Shown: positions 16,711 through 26,212 of the stretch, piece after piece
Numbering within the stretch: position 1 is the first letter of the stretch
Layout: the number at the start of each line of letters is the position of its first letter
Assembly: GCA_963795675.1 (NCBI GenBank)
Contig: CAWCJB010000004.1
Coordinates: 306,376-370,375, forward strand
DNA length: 64,000 bases
Direction of reading: 5' to 3'
Source: an uncultured Solirubrobacterales bacterium
GTDB lineage: Bacteria > Actinomycetota > Thermoleophilia > Solirubrobacterales > 70-9
Notes under the pieces: model-generated
Seen by the model: the letters and a program-made list of their open reading frames with translations, nothing else
Told to the model about the DNA's origin: nothing
Databases searched by the model: none
Made by a program: the position numbers and the translations under genes

Positions 16711-18021
16711 TCAGCCGGCGACGAACTCGTAGAGGAGGAAGACGTTCAGCGCGATGATCATCGAGGCGAGCACGCCGGCCACGGCGGTCAGCCAGAGCGG
16801 ATTGACCAGCTTCCCCATCACCTCGCGCTTCGAGGCGATCAGGATCAGCGGCACGAGCGCGAAGGGGATGCCGAAGGAAAGGACGACCTGCGAGCCGACC
16901 AGCGCGTCGGTCGGGTTGACGCCGATCGCCAACACCACCAACGCCGGCGCCAGGGTGATCGCCCGCCGCAGGAAGATCGGGATCTGCCGGTGGATGAACC
17001 CCTGCATCACCACCTGCCCGGCCATCGTGCCGACCGAGGAGGAGGCGAAGCCGGAGGCCAGCAGGGCGATGCCGAAGATCGTCGCCGCCCCCGGCGAGCC
17101 GACCTGCTGCAGGCCGTGGTAGGCGCCTTCGATCGTCTCGATCCCGGTCATCCCGCTGCCGTGGAAAAGGGCCGCGGCGACGATCATCATCGCCAGGTTG
17201 ACCGCGCCGGCGATCGCCAACGCGATCACCACGTCGATTTTCTCGAAGCGCAGGATGCGCCGGCGATCGTCGTCGTTGCGGCCGATGATCCGGTTCTGGG
17301 TGAGGGCCGAGTGCAGGTAGATGACGTGGGGCATCACCGTCGCGCCGACGATGCCGGTCGTCAGCAGGATGCTCTCGGTGCCGCCGAAGCCAGGGACGAA
17401 CAAGCCGCGGGCGACTTCGCCGCCGTCCGGGTGGGCATCGAAGAGCTCGTAGGCGAAGGCGACGACGACGACGCCGACCAGCACCGTGATCGCCGCCTCC
17501 AGCCGGCGGAATCCGTACCGCTGCAGCGCCAGCAGGGCAAAAGTGCCGACGCCCGCGATCAACCCGGCGGTGAAGAGCGGGATGCCGAATAGGAGGTTGA
17601 GGCCGAGGGCCGCGCCGACGATCTCGGCCAGGTCGCAGGCCATCGCCACCACCTCGGCCTGTAACCAGAGGCCGATCGAGGTGCGGCGGGAATAGCGTTC
17701 GCGGCAGAGCTCGGCGAGGTTCTTGCCGGTGGCGATGCCGAGCTTCGCCGACTGCGTCTGGACCAGCATCGCGACCAGGTTGGCGGCCAGCACGACCCAC
17801 AGCAGCAGGTAGCCGAACTTGGCCCCACCGCTGATGTTGGTGGCGAAGTTGCCGGGGTCGATGTAGGCGACGGCGGCGATGAAGGCCGGGCCGAGAAACG
17901 GCCAGACGCGGGCCATGCCGCGGCTTTCGCCGCGCAGCGAAGCGTGGGCGGCGCGGGCGACGGCGGCCTCACCGGGGAGCGCCTGCTCGGCTTCCGAGCG
18001 GGCCGCGGGCGGTGCCGTCAC
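16711..18021 (-). CDS. mntH: NRAMP-family divalent metal (Mn2+/Fe2+) transporter
   Basis: [20 protein letters not shown] signature. 436 aa, multi-TM. The GTG start overlaps the mntR stop (GTGA). Confidence 0.85.
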   Translation of the reverse strand: MTAPPAARSEAEQALPGEAAVARAAHASLRGESRGMARVWPFLGPAFIAAVAYIDPGNFATNISGGAKFGYLLLWVVLAANLVAMLVQTQSAKLGIATGKNLAELCRERYSRRTSIGLWLQAEVVAMACDLAEIVGAALGLNLLFGIPLFTAGLIAGVGTFALLALQRYGFRRLEAAITVLVGVVVVAFAYELFDAHPDGGEVARGLFVPGFGGTESILLTTGIVGATVMPHVIYLHSALTQNRIIGRNDDDRRRILRFEKIDVVIALAIAGAVNLAMMIVAAALFHGSGMTGIETIEGAYHGLQQVGSPGAATIFGIALLASGFASSSVGTMAGQVVMQGFIHRQIPIFLRRAITLAPALVVLAIGVNPTDALVGSQVVLSFGIPFALVPLILIASKREVMGKLVNPLWLTAVAGVLASMIIALNVFLLYEFVAG

Positions 18022-18470
18022 GCCTTTGCCCCCGGCGGCGGAGGCGGGGTCGGGGGCAGCAGGTCGGGGCCGGGGATCGGGTTGCCGTGCGGGTCGTGGC
18101 TCGGTTCGCCGAGCTTCGCCGCGATCAGCGCCTCGAGGTCCTCGGAGATGTAGTGCTCGAGCACCTCGGCCTCGGCGTGGACGCGGTCGCTCGGCATGCC
18201 GAGCGCCTCGGCGAGGAAAGCCTCGATCAGGCGGTGGTGGCGGATCACCTCGAGCGCGACCCGTTCGCCGGCGTCGGTCAGGGCGACGCCCTTATAGGGC
18301 GTGTAATCGGCGAAGCCGAGCTCCGCCAGCTTCTGCAGCATCGCCGTCGCGGTCGCCGGGGTGACGCCGAGACGGACGGCGACCTCGCCCGATGGGACGA
18401 GACCGTCGCGATCGATGCCGAGCACGTAGACCGCCTTGGCGTAGTCCTCTATGGCTTGGGAATTAGACAC
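18018..18470 (-). CDS. mntR: DtxR/MntR-family metal-dependent transcriptional repressor
   Basis: (V)[16 protein letters not shown]...[21 protein letters not shown]...[15 protein letters not shown]. The alternative start is the GTG at 18491. The rest of track ORF 18018..19727 is spurious. Confidence 0.8.
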   Translation of the reverse strand: MSNSQAIEDYAKAVYVLGIDRDGLVPSGEVAVRLGVTPATATAMLQKLAELGFADYTPYKGVALTDAGERVALEVIRHHRLIEAFLAEALGMPSDRVHAEAEVLEHYISEDLEALIAAKLGEPSHDPHGNPIPGPDLLPPTPPPPPGAKA

Positions 18471-18497
18471 GTCTAAAAATAGTTTAGACACATCTAA
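18463..18497. promoter_or_regulatory. two tandem DtxR/MntR-type operator palindromes
   Basis: TTAGACACGTCTAA (18463-18476) and TTAGACACATCTAA (18484-18497), 21 bp centre to centre. They overlap the candidate mntR start codons. Confidence 0.6.
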
Positions 18498-18545
18498 ATC
18501 AGAAAGCTCCGCGCCCCGCGATCGCGGGTTTCTAGACTCTGGGGA

Positions 18546-19490
18546 ATGAACGTGGTCGTTGAGCTCGATGCCCAGTACCGACAGCTGCGCGAGGAATGCG
18601 GGGTGCTGGTGCGGGAGCGGGGCATCGTGGCCGTTACGGGCCCTGACGGCGCCGAGTACCTGCAGGGGCAGGTGACCAATGACGTCGAGGCGTTGCAGGC
18701 CGGCGAAGGGCAGTACGCGGCGCTGCTCGACCGCAAGGGGCATATGCAGACCGATCTGCGGATCCTGCGGGTCGGCGAGGAGGAGATCCAGGTCGACCTG
18801 GAGCCGGCGCCGAAGGACCAGGCGCTGCGACACCTGACGATGTACTCGATCGGCCGCGACGTGGCGGTCGCCGACGCGACCGCGGAGCGGGCGCTGCTCT
18901 CGCTGATCGGCCCGCGCGCTGCCGAGATCGCCGCGACCCCGCCGCTGCCAGAGTTCGCCAACGAAGCAACCAGCATCGCCGGGGTCGAGGCGCTCGCGGT
19001 GGGCACCCGCGACGGGATCGACCTCTTCTGCGCCGCCGCCGACCGCGACCGGCTGCTCGCCGCGTTGATCGAGGCCGGGGCGGTCGAGGTCACGCCCGAG
19101 GCGGTCGAGATCGTCCGGGTCGAGGCCGGGGTCCCCCGCTTCGGCGCCGAGATGGACGCCCGCACGATGCCCGCCGAGGCGGCGATCGTCGACGACGCCG
19201 TCTCCTTCACCAAGGGCTGTTACATCGGCCAGGAGACGGTCGCCCGCCTCCATTACAAGGGCAAGCCGAACAAGCACCTTCGTGGCCTGAAGCTGAGCGC
19301 CGCGGCGGCGCCCGGCGCCGCCCTGCGGCTCGGTGAGAAGGAGGTGGGGACGCTCGGCGGGGCCGTCGTCTCCCCCGCCCTCGGGCCGATCGGGCTGGCG
19401 ATCGTCCGCCGCGAGGCAGAGCCCGGCACCGAGCTCACCGTAGGTGAAGATGGCGTTACGGCCGAAGTTGTCGCCCTCCCCTTCGGCTAG
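18546..19490 (+). CDS. ygfZ: YgfZ/GcvT-like folate-binding protein
   Basis: Signature KGCYIGQE. 314 aa with an aminomethyltransferase-like fold. Confidence 0.8.
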   Translation: MNVVVELDAQYRQLREECGVLVRERGIVAVTGPDGAEYLQGQVTNDVEALQAGEGQYAALLDRKGHMQTDLRILRVGEEEIQVDLEPAPKDQALRHLTMYSIGRDVAVADATAERALLSLIGPRAAEIAATPPLPEFANEATSIAGVEALAVGTRDGIDLFCAAADRDRLLAALIEAGAVEVTPEAVEIVRVEAGVPRFGAEMDARTMPAEAAIVDDAVSFTKGCYIGQETVARLHYKGKPNKHLRGLKLSAAAAPGAALRLGEKEVGTLGGAVVSPALGPIGLAIVRREAEPGTELTVGEDGVTAEVVALPFG

Positions 19491-19502
19491 ATTCACCGCG
19501 AG

Positions 19503-19988
19503 ATGGTTCTCGGGAGAGCCAGAGTCGCGGCGGGCGGCGCGCTGGCGGCGCTGATCTTGGCCTTGGTCGGCGCCGGTTGCGGCGCCGAGAGCCACCCCAA
19601 CGAACCGCGCCCCGCGGTGCCCATCCGGGTCAGCGTGACGATCGGCGAAAACGGCATCTTGGTGAAACCGTCGACGATCGCGATGGGCCCGGAAAAGCAC
19701 CAGCAGCTGCCGCAGAACCAGGACCACCCGCAGCCGAACATCAAGACCCAGAAACCGGTCGCGGTCGTCTTCGTCACCGCCAACCAGACCGGGGAGAAGG
19801 AGAAGGTGACGGTCAAGGGGCCGAAATCGGCGAGCTCGCCGGAGATCTCGCCGCGCAGCCCCCGCACCTTCTCGGCCGAACTGGCGACCGGCAACTACAC
19901 GATCTCGGCCGGGTCGAACGGCGCCCCGGCGACCTTGAAGGTCGGCCCCTACCGGGCCTCCTCACAGAACGACCTCCTGCTGCCGTAG
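19503..19988 (+). CDS. hypothetical lipoprotein
   Basis: Lipobox GAGC in [16 protein letters not shown]. 161 aa. Confidence 0.6.
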   Translation: MVLGRARVAAGGALAALILALVGAGCGAESHPNEPRPAVPIRVSVTIGENGILVKPSTIAMGPEKHQQLPQNQDHPQPNIKTQKPVAVVFVTANQTGEKEKVTVKGPKSASSPEISPRSPRTFSAELATGNYTISAGSNGAPATLKVGPYRASSQNDLLLP

Positions 19989-20060
19989 TAGCTAGGCGCG
20001 TTGGGCCCTTGAGGAGGGCGGGGAAGGAAGCGGCCTTCGAGAGCTGGCGCCCGGGGAAGG

Positions 20061-20487
20061 GACGCGGCCATCTCGGAGGCGACCCTGGCAGGCTGAGGCC
20101 GCCTCCGAGATGGCCGGGTCTGTGGGGGGAGTGAGGGTGCGGGTCCTGTGCGGGTCTCGACGGGGAGTGCGCGGGAGATGTGCGGAACTCCACGTCTCCT
20201 CATGAGACGTCACACCCGCCCCATCGGTCAGCACTTTGCTGTGGAGAGAAGGTTGCTCTATACGACAGAAAAGCTCCACAGCGCCGATCTGGGACCGACC
20301 GCGCCTTCTCGAAGGTGACGTCTCCGTGATGTTGCGTCCTCTCCGTGCCGTCTCCCCCCAGATCGTGCCGTCCCCGTGTGTCCCCCCGCAGGGGCACCGT
20401 CCCTGCGCCGGCTCCTCCCCGAAACCTCCGTCCCGGGCGTCTCGGAGGCGGCCTCAGCCTGCCCGGGTCGCCTCCGAGACGCCCGGG
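20061..20487. repeat. composite palindromic element E1 (L hairpin 20061-20120, R hairpin 20432-20487)
   Basis: Each end is a 17-20 bp stem with a 20-nt loop, and the two ends are inverted copies of each other. Related to 34401..34736. Confidence 0.8.
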
Positions 20488-20553
20488 CGCGTCGTCCCCG
20501 GCCGCAGGGGCCCGGGCCCTCGCCCGCCTCGCGGCACAAGCCAGGCCCACTCC

Positions 20554-21417
20554 CTAGCCGTCGATGAAGACCGGCGTGCCGAGGGGGACGCGGGCGAAGA
20601 GGTAGCGCATCGTCGCGTCGGTCGCGCGGATGCAGCCGAGGCTTTCGGCGCCTCCGACCGCCCCCGGGGTGCCGTGGATCGCCAGCCGGTTGCCGCCGAT
20701 CCAGCCCGCCGGCAGTTCCGCGTACTGGTGGCCGCTCAGCGCCAGCGCGCAGCAGCCGTAGTAGGGGCTTTCGTCGAAGCTGACGCCGTCGGTGACCCCG
20801 TAGCGGCCGGGCGGCGTTTCCGTCCCCGGCCCACCGACCGTGACCTCGAAGCGGCTGACGACCTTGTGGCCGTAGCGGAGTTCGAGGCTGCGCCCGGCGA
20901 GCGAGGCATGCAGCGAGTAGCGGGTCCAGTAGACGTCGACCTTGGTCGGGTCGCGGGCGATCCAGCCGAGCTGCCCGTTCGGCAGTTCGGGCGCGGTCAC
21001 CCCGAGCCAACCGGGCTTGGTCGCGACCACCGAGAAGGAGACCGGCGAGCCGAATTCGGTCTTGTCGCCGAGCTTGGCGACGACCGGACCGCCGGGAGCG
21101 GAGCGCAGATCGACCTTCGCCCCTTCGCCGATGTGGGCGATCTCGAAGGCGACGCCGTGGGGCGGCCGGTCGGCAAGGGTCGGCAGCCGCACGGGGCGGG
21201 CCGGAGCCGATCTGGGCACCTTGGCGCCGACCGAGGCATGCCCCGGCTTCGCCTTGTCGCCGCTCGCCGTGTGCCCGCCTGGCACGCGGACGATCACCGT
21301 CCTCGTCGGCGAGGCGTCGCCGCCTTCGTCGAGCACGGTGAAGAGGAGGGCGAAGCCGGCGACCACCGCCACCGCGGCGGCGAGGGCGCCGAGCGCCGTG
21401 AGCAATCGATCTTGCAC
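20554..21417 (-). CDS. L,D-transpeptidase (YkuD domain)
   Basis: C-terminal ...AIHGTPGAVGGAESLGCIRAT... catalytic motif. GTG at 21417 is preceded by GGAGG. The track start is 21534. Confidence 0.8.
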   Translation of the reverse strand: MQDRLLTALGALAAAVAVVAGFALLFTVLDEGGDASPTRTVIVRVPGGHTASGDKAKPGHASVGAKVPRSAPARPVRLPTLADRPPHGVAFEIAHIGEGAKVDLRSAPGGPVVAKLGDKTEFGSPVSFSVVATKPGWLGVTAPELPNGQLGWIARDPTKVDVYWTRYSLHASLAGRSLELRYGHKVVSRFEVTVGGPGTETPPGRYGVTDGVSFDESPYYGCCALALSGHQYAELPAGWIGGNRLAIHGTPGAVGGAESLGCIRATDATMRYLFARVPLGTPVFIDG

Positions 21418-21514
21418 TTCGCCTCCATGGTGGCGCACAGAGCTAAATCCGCGCTCCTTGCGTCCTTCGGAGTGGCGCTTGGCGTCCGCCCGGCGCGCAA
21501 CCATCGTCAGTCCT

Positions 21515-22750
21515 ATGACTGCCGTCCTCGCCATCGCCGTCCTGGCCCTCGTCGCCGCCCTGATCTACGTCCTCGTCGGGCGCCAGGAGGAGCCTGCCGC
21601 CGAGCCGGTCGACGTGCGCGCCGCTGTCGCCGAAGCGACCTCGGCCGCGGTGGCCGACCTGCAGCGGATGAACCAGGAGTCGCGCAAAGTCGACACCGCG
21701 ACGGCCGAGGCGGCGCTGGCGAAGCGTGAAGCCGAATTCCGCCGCCTGACCGAGCCGATCGGCCAGAATCTGCAGCGGATCGAACGCGAGGTGGCGACGA
21801 TGAGCCGTGACCGCAAAGCCGCCGACGGCGCGGTCCGCTCTCTGCTCGACGAGATGAAGCTCGGCCTCGGCGATCTCGGCACTCAGACCGGCTCTTTGGT
21901 CAAAGCGTTGCGCCAGCCGAAGACGCGCGGCGAATGGGGTGAGGTGCACCTGAAGCGCTGCGTCGAGGCGGCCGGGATGATCGAGCACGTGGACTTCGAA
22001 GTGCAGAAAACTCTGCACGGCGACGACGGCCTGCTCCGCCCTGACGCAATCGTGACGCTGCCAGCCGGCCGCAAGGTGGTGATCGACTCGAAAGTGCCGC
22101 TCGATGCCTACCTTGAGGTAGTAGACGCCCAGGACGAATCGTCCCGTCGCACTGAGTTAGGTCGCCACGCACGCCAGGTCCGCGACCACATCACGAAACT
22201 CGCCTCGAAGCGATACCAGGAGCAGTTCGAGAGCGGCGACACGCCCGACTTTGTGGTCTGCTTCATGCCCTCTGAGGCGCCCCTCTACGCCGCCTTCGAA
22301 GCTGAGCCCGACCTCTACGACTACGCGCTCGAACGGAAGATCCTGATCGCTACGCCGATCACGCTGATCGGGTTGCTGCGGACGGTAGAGCTCGGCTGGC
22401 GTCAAGAGCAGATTGCCGACGAGGCAAAGGTAATCGCGAAAGAGGCCAGAGATCTCTACGGGCGGATGGGCGTCTTCCTCAAGCATCTTTCAAAGAGTGG
22501 TCGACAACTTGCTTCGGCGGTCAACGCCCACAACGACGCGGTCGCCTCGGCCGAGAGCCGCGTGCTCCCGTCTCTGCGCCGCTTCCAGGAGCTGGGCGCG
22601 GCGCGCGGGGAAGAGGTGGAGGTGCCGAAGGCAATAGACGGCTCCGCCCGTCGTGTGGTCGCCGCCGAGCTGGAAGAGTTGGAGCGGAGCGGCGAGCAGG
22701 ACGACTCCGTGGTCGAGCTCCCCAGGCGGACCGGAACCGACAACGCCTGA
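21515..22750 (+). CDS. rmuC: DNA recombination protein RmuC
   Basis: N-terminal TM segment, a coiled-coil region, then ...RPDAIV.LP.GR.VVIDSKVPL.AY... and ...DFVV.FMPSE.... The ATG lies at residue 192 of track ORF 20942..22750. Confidence 0.85.
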   Translation: MTAVLAIAVLALVAALIYVLVGRQEEPAAEPVDVRAAVAEATSAAVADLQRMNQESRKVDTATAEAALAKREAEFRRLTEPIGQNLQRIEREVATMSRDRKAADGAVRSLLDEMKLGLGDLGTQTGSLVKALRQPKTRGEWGEVHLKRCVEAAGMIEHVDFEVQKTLHGDDGLLRPDAIVTLPAGRKVVIDSKVPLDAYLEVVDAQDESSRRTELGRHARQVRDHITKLASKRYQEQFESGDTPDFVVCFMPSEAPLYAAFEAEPDLYDYALERKILIATPITLIGLLRTVELGWRQEQIADEAKVIAKEARDLYGRMGVFLKHLSKSGRQLASAVNAHNDAVASAESRVLPSLRRFQELGAARGEEVEVPKAIDGSARRVVAAELEELERSGEQDDSVVELPRRTGTDNA

Positions 22751-22769
22751 GGTCCCCTGCCCATCTAGG

Positions 22770-24071
22770 ATGGGCGCGCAGGCGGGAAACCAAAATGGAG
22801 GCAAAGCTTTGGCTGTCGACACCAGCAATCTGACCACTCTCAGCGTCGAGCCGGGGACGCTCCCGGAGACGATGGCGGCGTGGGTGATCCGGCAGGAGCG
22901 CGAGGGCGAGCCGAAGGACGCCTTCCAACTCGAGCAGATCGAGGTCCCCGAGCCGGGCGCCTTCGAGGTCATCGTGCGGGTGATGGCCGCCGGGGTCAAC
23001 TTCAACAACGTCTGGGCGGCGCTGGGCAAACCGGTCTCCGTCTTCGGTTATGGCGACCATCCGGAGTTCGGCCACCACATCGGCGGCTCCGACGCCTCCG
23101 GGATCGTCTGGAAAGTCGGCGAGGGTGTCACCCGTTGGAAACCGGGCGACGAGGTCGTCGTCCACTGCAACCAGGCCTCCTACGAGGATGTCGAGGTGCA
23201 CGGGCTCGACCCGCTCGCGGCGCCGAGCCAGCGGATCTGGGGCTACGAGACGACCTGGGGCTCGTTCGCCGAGTTCACCAAGGTGCAGGCGCAGCAGCTG
23301 CTGCCCCGCCCCCAGAACATGAGCTGGGCCGAGGCCTGCTCCTACGGGCTCACCTACTTCACCGCCTACCGGATGCTGATCGACCAGTGCAAGCTCCAAC
23401 CCGGCCACAACGTCCTGATCTGGGGCGCCGCGGGCGGCCTCGGCGTCTTCGCCACGCAGCTCTGCAAGGCGGCGGGCGCCAACGCGGTCGGCATCGTCTC
23501 CAACGACGAAAAGGGTGAGCTGGTCAAGCAGCTCGGCGCCGTCGACTACATCAACCGCTCCGAATTCGGCGAGATGATGCGGACCGACGCCAACCTCACC
23601 GACCCGGCTGCGGACAAGGAGCGCTTCCGCGCCTCGCGCGGCTTCGCCGCCCGGGTCAAAGAGATCCTCGGCGACGCCCCCGACATCGTCTTCGAGCACG
23701 TCGGCCGGGCGACCTTCCCGACCTCCGTCTATGTGGTCAAGCCGTTCGGCAAAGTCGTCATCTGCGGCGCCACCTCCGGCTTCCAGCTCGACTTCGACGT
23801 CCGTTACCTGTGGATGCGCCAGAAGCAGATCATCGGCTCCCACTTCGCCAACGCGTACGAGTGCATGCGGGCGAATCAGCTGATGGCCGAGGGCAAGGTC
23901 CGCCCCGTCCTCTGGCAGACGATGGAGTTCGACGGCGTCCCCACCGCCCACCAGCTGATGCATGAAAACAAGCACCTCGGGAAGATCGCCGTCCTGGTCG
24001 GCGCCGAGTCCGAGGAAGCGGGCAAGACCGAAGAGGGCCCTGGCGCGATCCGGGCCGAGGTCGGCGCCTGA
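22770..24071 (+). CDS. ccr: crotonyl-CoA carboxylase/reductase
   Basis: ...MAAWVIRQEREGEPKDAFQLEQIEVPEPG..EVIVRVMAAGVNFNNVWAALG.PVS.... An alternative TTG at 22809 has GGAGG upstream. Confidence 0.8.
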   Translation: MGAQAGNQNGGKALAVDTSNLTTLSVEPGTLPETMAAWVIRQEREGEPKDAFQLEQIEVPEPGAFEVIVRVMAAGVNFNNVWAALGKPVSVFGYGDHPEFGHHIGGSDASGIVWKVGEGVTRWKPGDEVVVHCNQASYEDVEVHGLDPLAAPSQRIWGYETTWGSFAEFTKVQAQQLLPRPQNMSWAEACSYGLTYFTAYRMLIDQCKLQPGHNVLIWGAAGGLGVFATQLCKAAGANAVGIVSNDEKGELVKQLGAVDYINRSEFGEMMRTDANLTDPAADKERFRASRGFAARVKEILGDAPDIVFEHVGRATFPTSVYVVKPFGKVVICGATSGFQLDFDVRYLWMRQKQIIGSHFANAYECMRANQLMAEGKVRPVLWQTMEFDGVPTAHQLMHENKHLGKIAVLVGAESEEAGKTEEGPGAIRAEVGA

Positions 24072-24106
24072 CGGCGCCCGCGACGACGATGCGAAAGGAT
24101 TAGGCG

Positions 24107-24421
24107 ATGCTCTACGTCTGCAGACTCGATTGGCACATCGCCCCGCTGCGTGGGGACCGTTGGCTCGATGCCTGGGAACCGGTGGCAGCCAAGTGCACTG
24201 CCTACGGCGCCAAGAGCTGGTCGCTGACCCGCGAGAACGAGGATCCGCTGGCCTTCCAGCAGACGATGGTCTGGGAGGGCAAAGAAGACTTCGAACGCTA
24301 TTGGTACTCGCAGGAGGTCGCCGACGCTCGCCAGTCGGTGGTCGCCTGGTACGACATCCCGCTGCTGCCGACCTGGCACACCCTGCTCGCCGCCGAGTCG
24401 GTAGTCGCGTCCGGCGCCTGA
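24107..24421 (+). CDS. hypothetical protein (104 aa)
   Basis: ATG start and coding-like composition. No family recognised. Confidence 0.5.
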   Translation: MLYVCRLDWHIAPLRGDRWLDAWEPVAAKCTAYGAKSWSLTRENEDPLAFQQTMVWEGKEDFERYWYSQEVADARQSVVAWYDIPLLPTWHTLLAAESVVASGA

Positions 24422-24442
24422 CCAGGCAGACGCGATGAAGAG

Positions 24443-24605
24443 AGTGCCGAGCCAGGCAAGGTTCGCCCTCCCTGGCTTGCCCTCGCCGCGCCCGGCGGCG
24501 TCCTCGACCGCTCGACGTGGCTCTGCCACGCCTTCGGGTCTGCGTCCTTGCCGGTCACGCCGATGCCTGCGCCAGAACCGGGCACCCCTTGCCTGACAAG
24601 GCACT
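24443..24605. mobile_element. 163-bp MITE-like element, copy B (inverted relative to copy A)
   Basis: About 88% identical to the reverse complement of 16166..16328. It has its own terminal inverted repeats agtgccgagccaggcaagg / ccttgcctgacaaggcact. Confidence 0.8.
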
Positions 24606-25848
24606 TGGGATCGTCGGCCTCGGCTACGTCGGACTTCCGCTCGCCCTCGCCTTCGCCGAGGCCGGAAACGACGTCGTCGGCCTCGACACCGACCCCGGCA
24701 AGCTCGCCGACCTGGCCGCCGGCCGCAGCTACATCGAGGACGTCGACGACGCCGAGCTGGCGGCGCAGGCGGAACGCCTCAGCGCCACCTCCGACTACGC
24801 CGATCTGGAGGACTGCGAGGCGATCGTCGTCTGCGTCCCCACCCCGCTCTCCAGCTCGCGCGAGCCCGACCTCTCCTACCTGCGCGAGGCGGCAGCGTCG
24901 ATCGCCGAGCACCTCCAGCCCGGCCAGCTGATCGTCCTGGAGTCCACGTCGTATCCGGGCACGACCCGGGAGGAGCTGCTTCCAGCCCTTGCCGCCGACG
25001 GCGGAGCCGTCGGCGTTGATTTCTTCCTCGCCTTCTCACCCGAGCGCATCGACCCGGGCCGCTCCGACCACACGATCCGCACCACGCCGAAGCTGGTCGG
25101 CGGCATCACCCCCGCGTGCACCGAGCGGGCGGCCGCCCTCTACCGACAGATCTGCGACACGGTCGAGGTCCTCAGCTCACCAGAGACCGCCGAGCTGGCG
25201 AAGCTCCTGGAGAACATCTTCCGCTCGGTCAACATCGCCCTCGTCAACGAAATCGCCCAGCTCTGCGATCGCCTCGACATCGACGTCTGGGAGGTGGTCG
25301 ACGCGGCGGCGACCAAGCCGTTCGGCTTCATGCGCTTCGACCCCGGCCCCGGGATGGGCGGCCACTGCCTCCCGGTCGATCCCTTCTACCTCGCCTTCAA
25401 GGCGCGCGAGCATGACTTCTATCCGGAGTTCGTCGAGCTGGCGGGCAAGGTCAACCAGGCCCAGCCGGAGTTCTGCGTGCGGCGAATAGAGCGCGGTCTC
25501 AACGGGGCGGGGAAGCCGGTGAAGGGCTCGAAGATCCTGATCCTCGGCGCCAGCTACAAGCCCGGCATCGGCGACACCCGCGAATCGCCGGCCCTGCGGA
25601 TCATCGCCCTGCTGCGTGATCTCGGCGCCGAGATCTCCTACCACGACCCCTTCGTGCCGGAGCTGCCCGATCAGGGACTCAAATCGGTCGACCTCGCCGC
25701 GGGGCTGGCCGCCACCGACCTGCTGGCGATCGTCACCGCCCACCCGAACGTCGACCACGAGGCGGCGGTCAAGGCCGTGCCGCTGGCGATCGATTTCCGC
25801 GGCATCAGCCGCAAGTTCGACGACGCCGACGACGTCGAGCGCCTCTGA
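24589..25848 (+). CDS. nucleotide-sugar dehydrogenase (UDP-glucose / UDP-ManNAc dehydrogenase family)
   Basis: GIVGLGYVGLPLALAFA Rossmann motif and ...GGHCLPVDP... catalytic Cys. The only plausible start codons (TTG 24589, GTG 24517) lie inside MITE copy B. Confidence 0.8.
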   Translation: MPDKALGIVGLGYVGLPLALAFAEAGNDVVGLDTDPGKLADLAAGRSYIEDVDDAELAAQAERLSATSDYADLEDCEAIVVCVPTPLSSSREPDLSYLREAAASIAEHLQPGQLIVLESTSYPGTTREELLPALAADGGAVGVDFFLAFSPERIDPGRSDHTIRTTPKLVGGITPACTERAAALYRQICDTVEVLSSPETAELAKLLENIFRSVNIALVNEIAQLCDRLDIDVWEVVDAAATKPFGFMRFDPGPGMGGHCLPVDPFYLAFKAREHDFYPEFVELAGKVNQAQPEFCVRRIERGLNGAGKPVKGSKILILGASYKPGIGDTRESPALRIIALLRDLGAEISYHDPFVPELPDQGLKSVDLAAGLAATDLLAIVTAHPNVDHEAAVKAVPLAIDFRGISRKFDDADDVERL

Positions 25849-25885
25849 TCCGCATTTACCCCCGCTGAGGAGGGGTAAATGCGGA
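25849..25885. terminator. stem-loop between convergent genes
   Basis: 14-bp stem tccgcatttacccc / ggggtaaatgcgga with a 9-nt loop. Confidence 0.65.
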
Positions 25886-25894
25886 CGGACCGCT

Positions 25895-26185
25895 CTAGCC
25901 GCGCTCCAGCGGGGCCATGGTGAGCCCGGCGGAGTCGAGCATCTCCCAGTAGTGCTCGGCGGGCTCGCGCGGGCCGGTCCAGACGATCGCCTGGCCGGTG
26001 TTGTGGATCTGTTCGGCGATCCGGTGGCCCTGCTCGAGGCTCACCCCGGGCAGCACCCGGGCCAGCGTCTGGGCAACATGATCGAAGGTGTTGTGGTTGT
26101 CGTTCCGCACGATCACCCGCCAGTTCCCGCCCAGGCCTGAATCGGGTCCTGCGGAGCGAGGTTTCTCGATCGTCGCGGAGGACAC
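25895..26185 (-). CDS. clpS: ATP-dependent Clp protease adaptor ClpS
   Basis: ...WRVIVRNDNHNTFDHVAQTLARVLPGVSLEQGHRIAEQIHNTGQAIVW.... GTG at 26185. The rest of track ORF 25895..27739 is antisense to the acyltransferase gene. Confidence 0.85.
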   Translation of the reverse strand: MSSATIEKPRSAGPDSGLGGNWRVIVRNDNHNTFDHVAQTLARVLPGVSLEQGHRIAEQIHNTGQAIVWTGPREPAEHYWEMLDSAGLTMAPLERG

Positions 26186-26212
26186 GTCCGCGATTATGCA
26201 CCGGAAGGAAGG

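Noticed and set aside
20061-20487. CRISPR array or IS200/IS605-type (PATE) ends as an explanation for the repeated hairpins.
   Set aside because: There are only two hairpins per locus, in inverted rather than direct orientation, and no regularly spaced repeats. IS200/IS605 ends would have the hairpin loops on the same strand. No cas, tnpA or tnpB gene is nearby.
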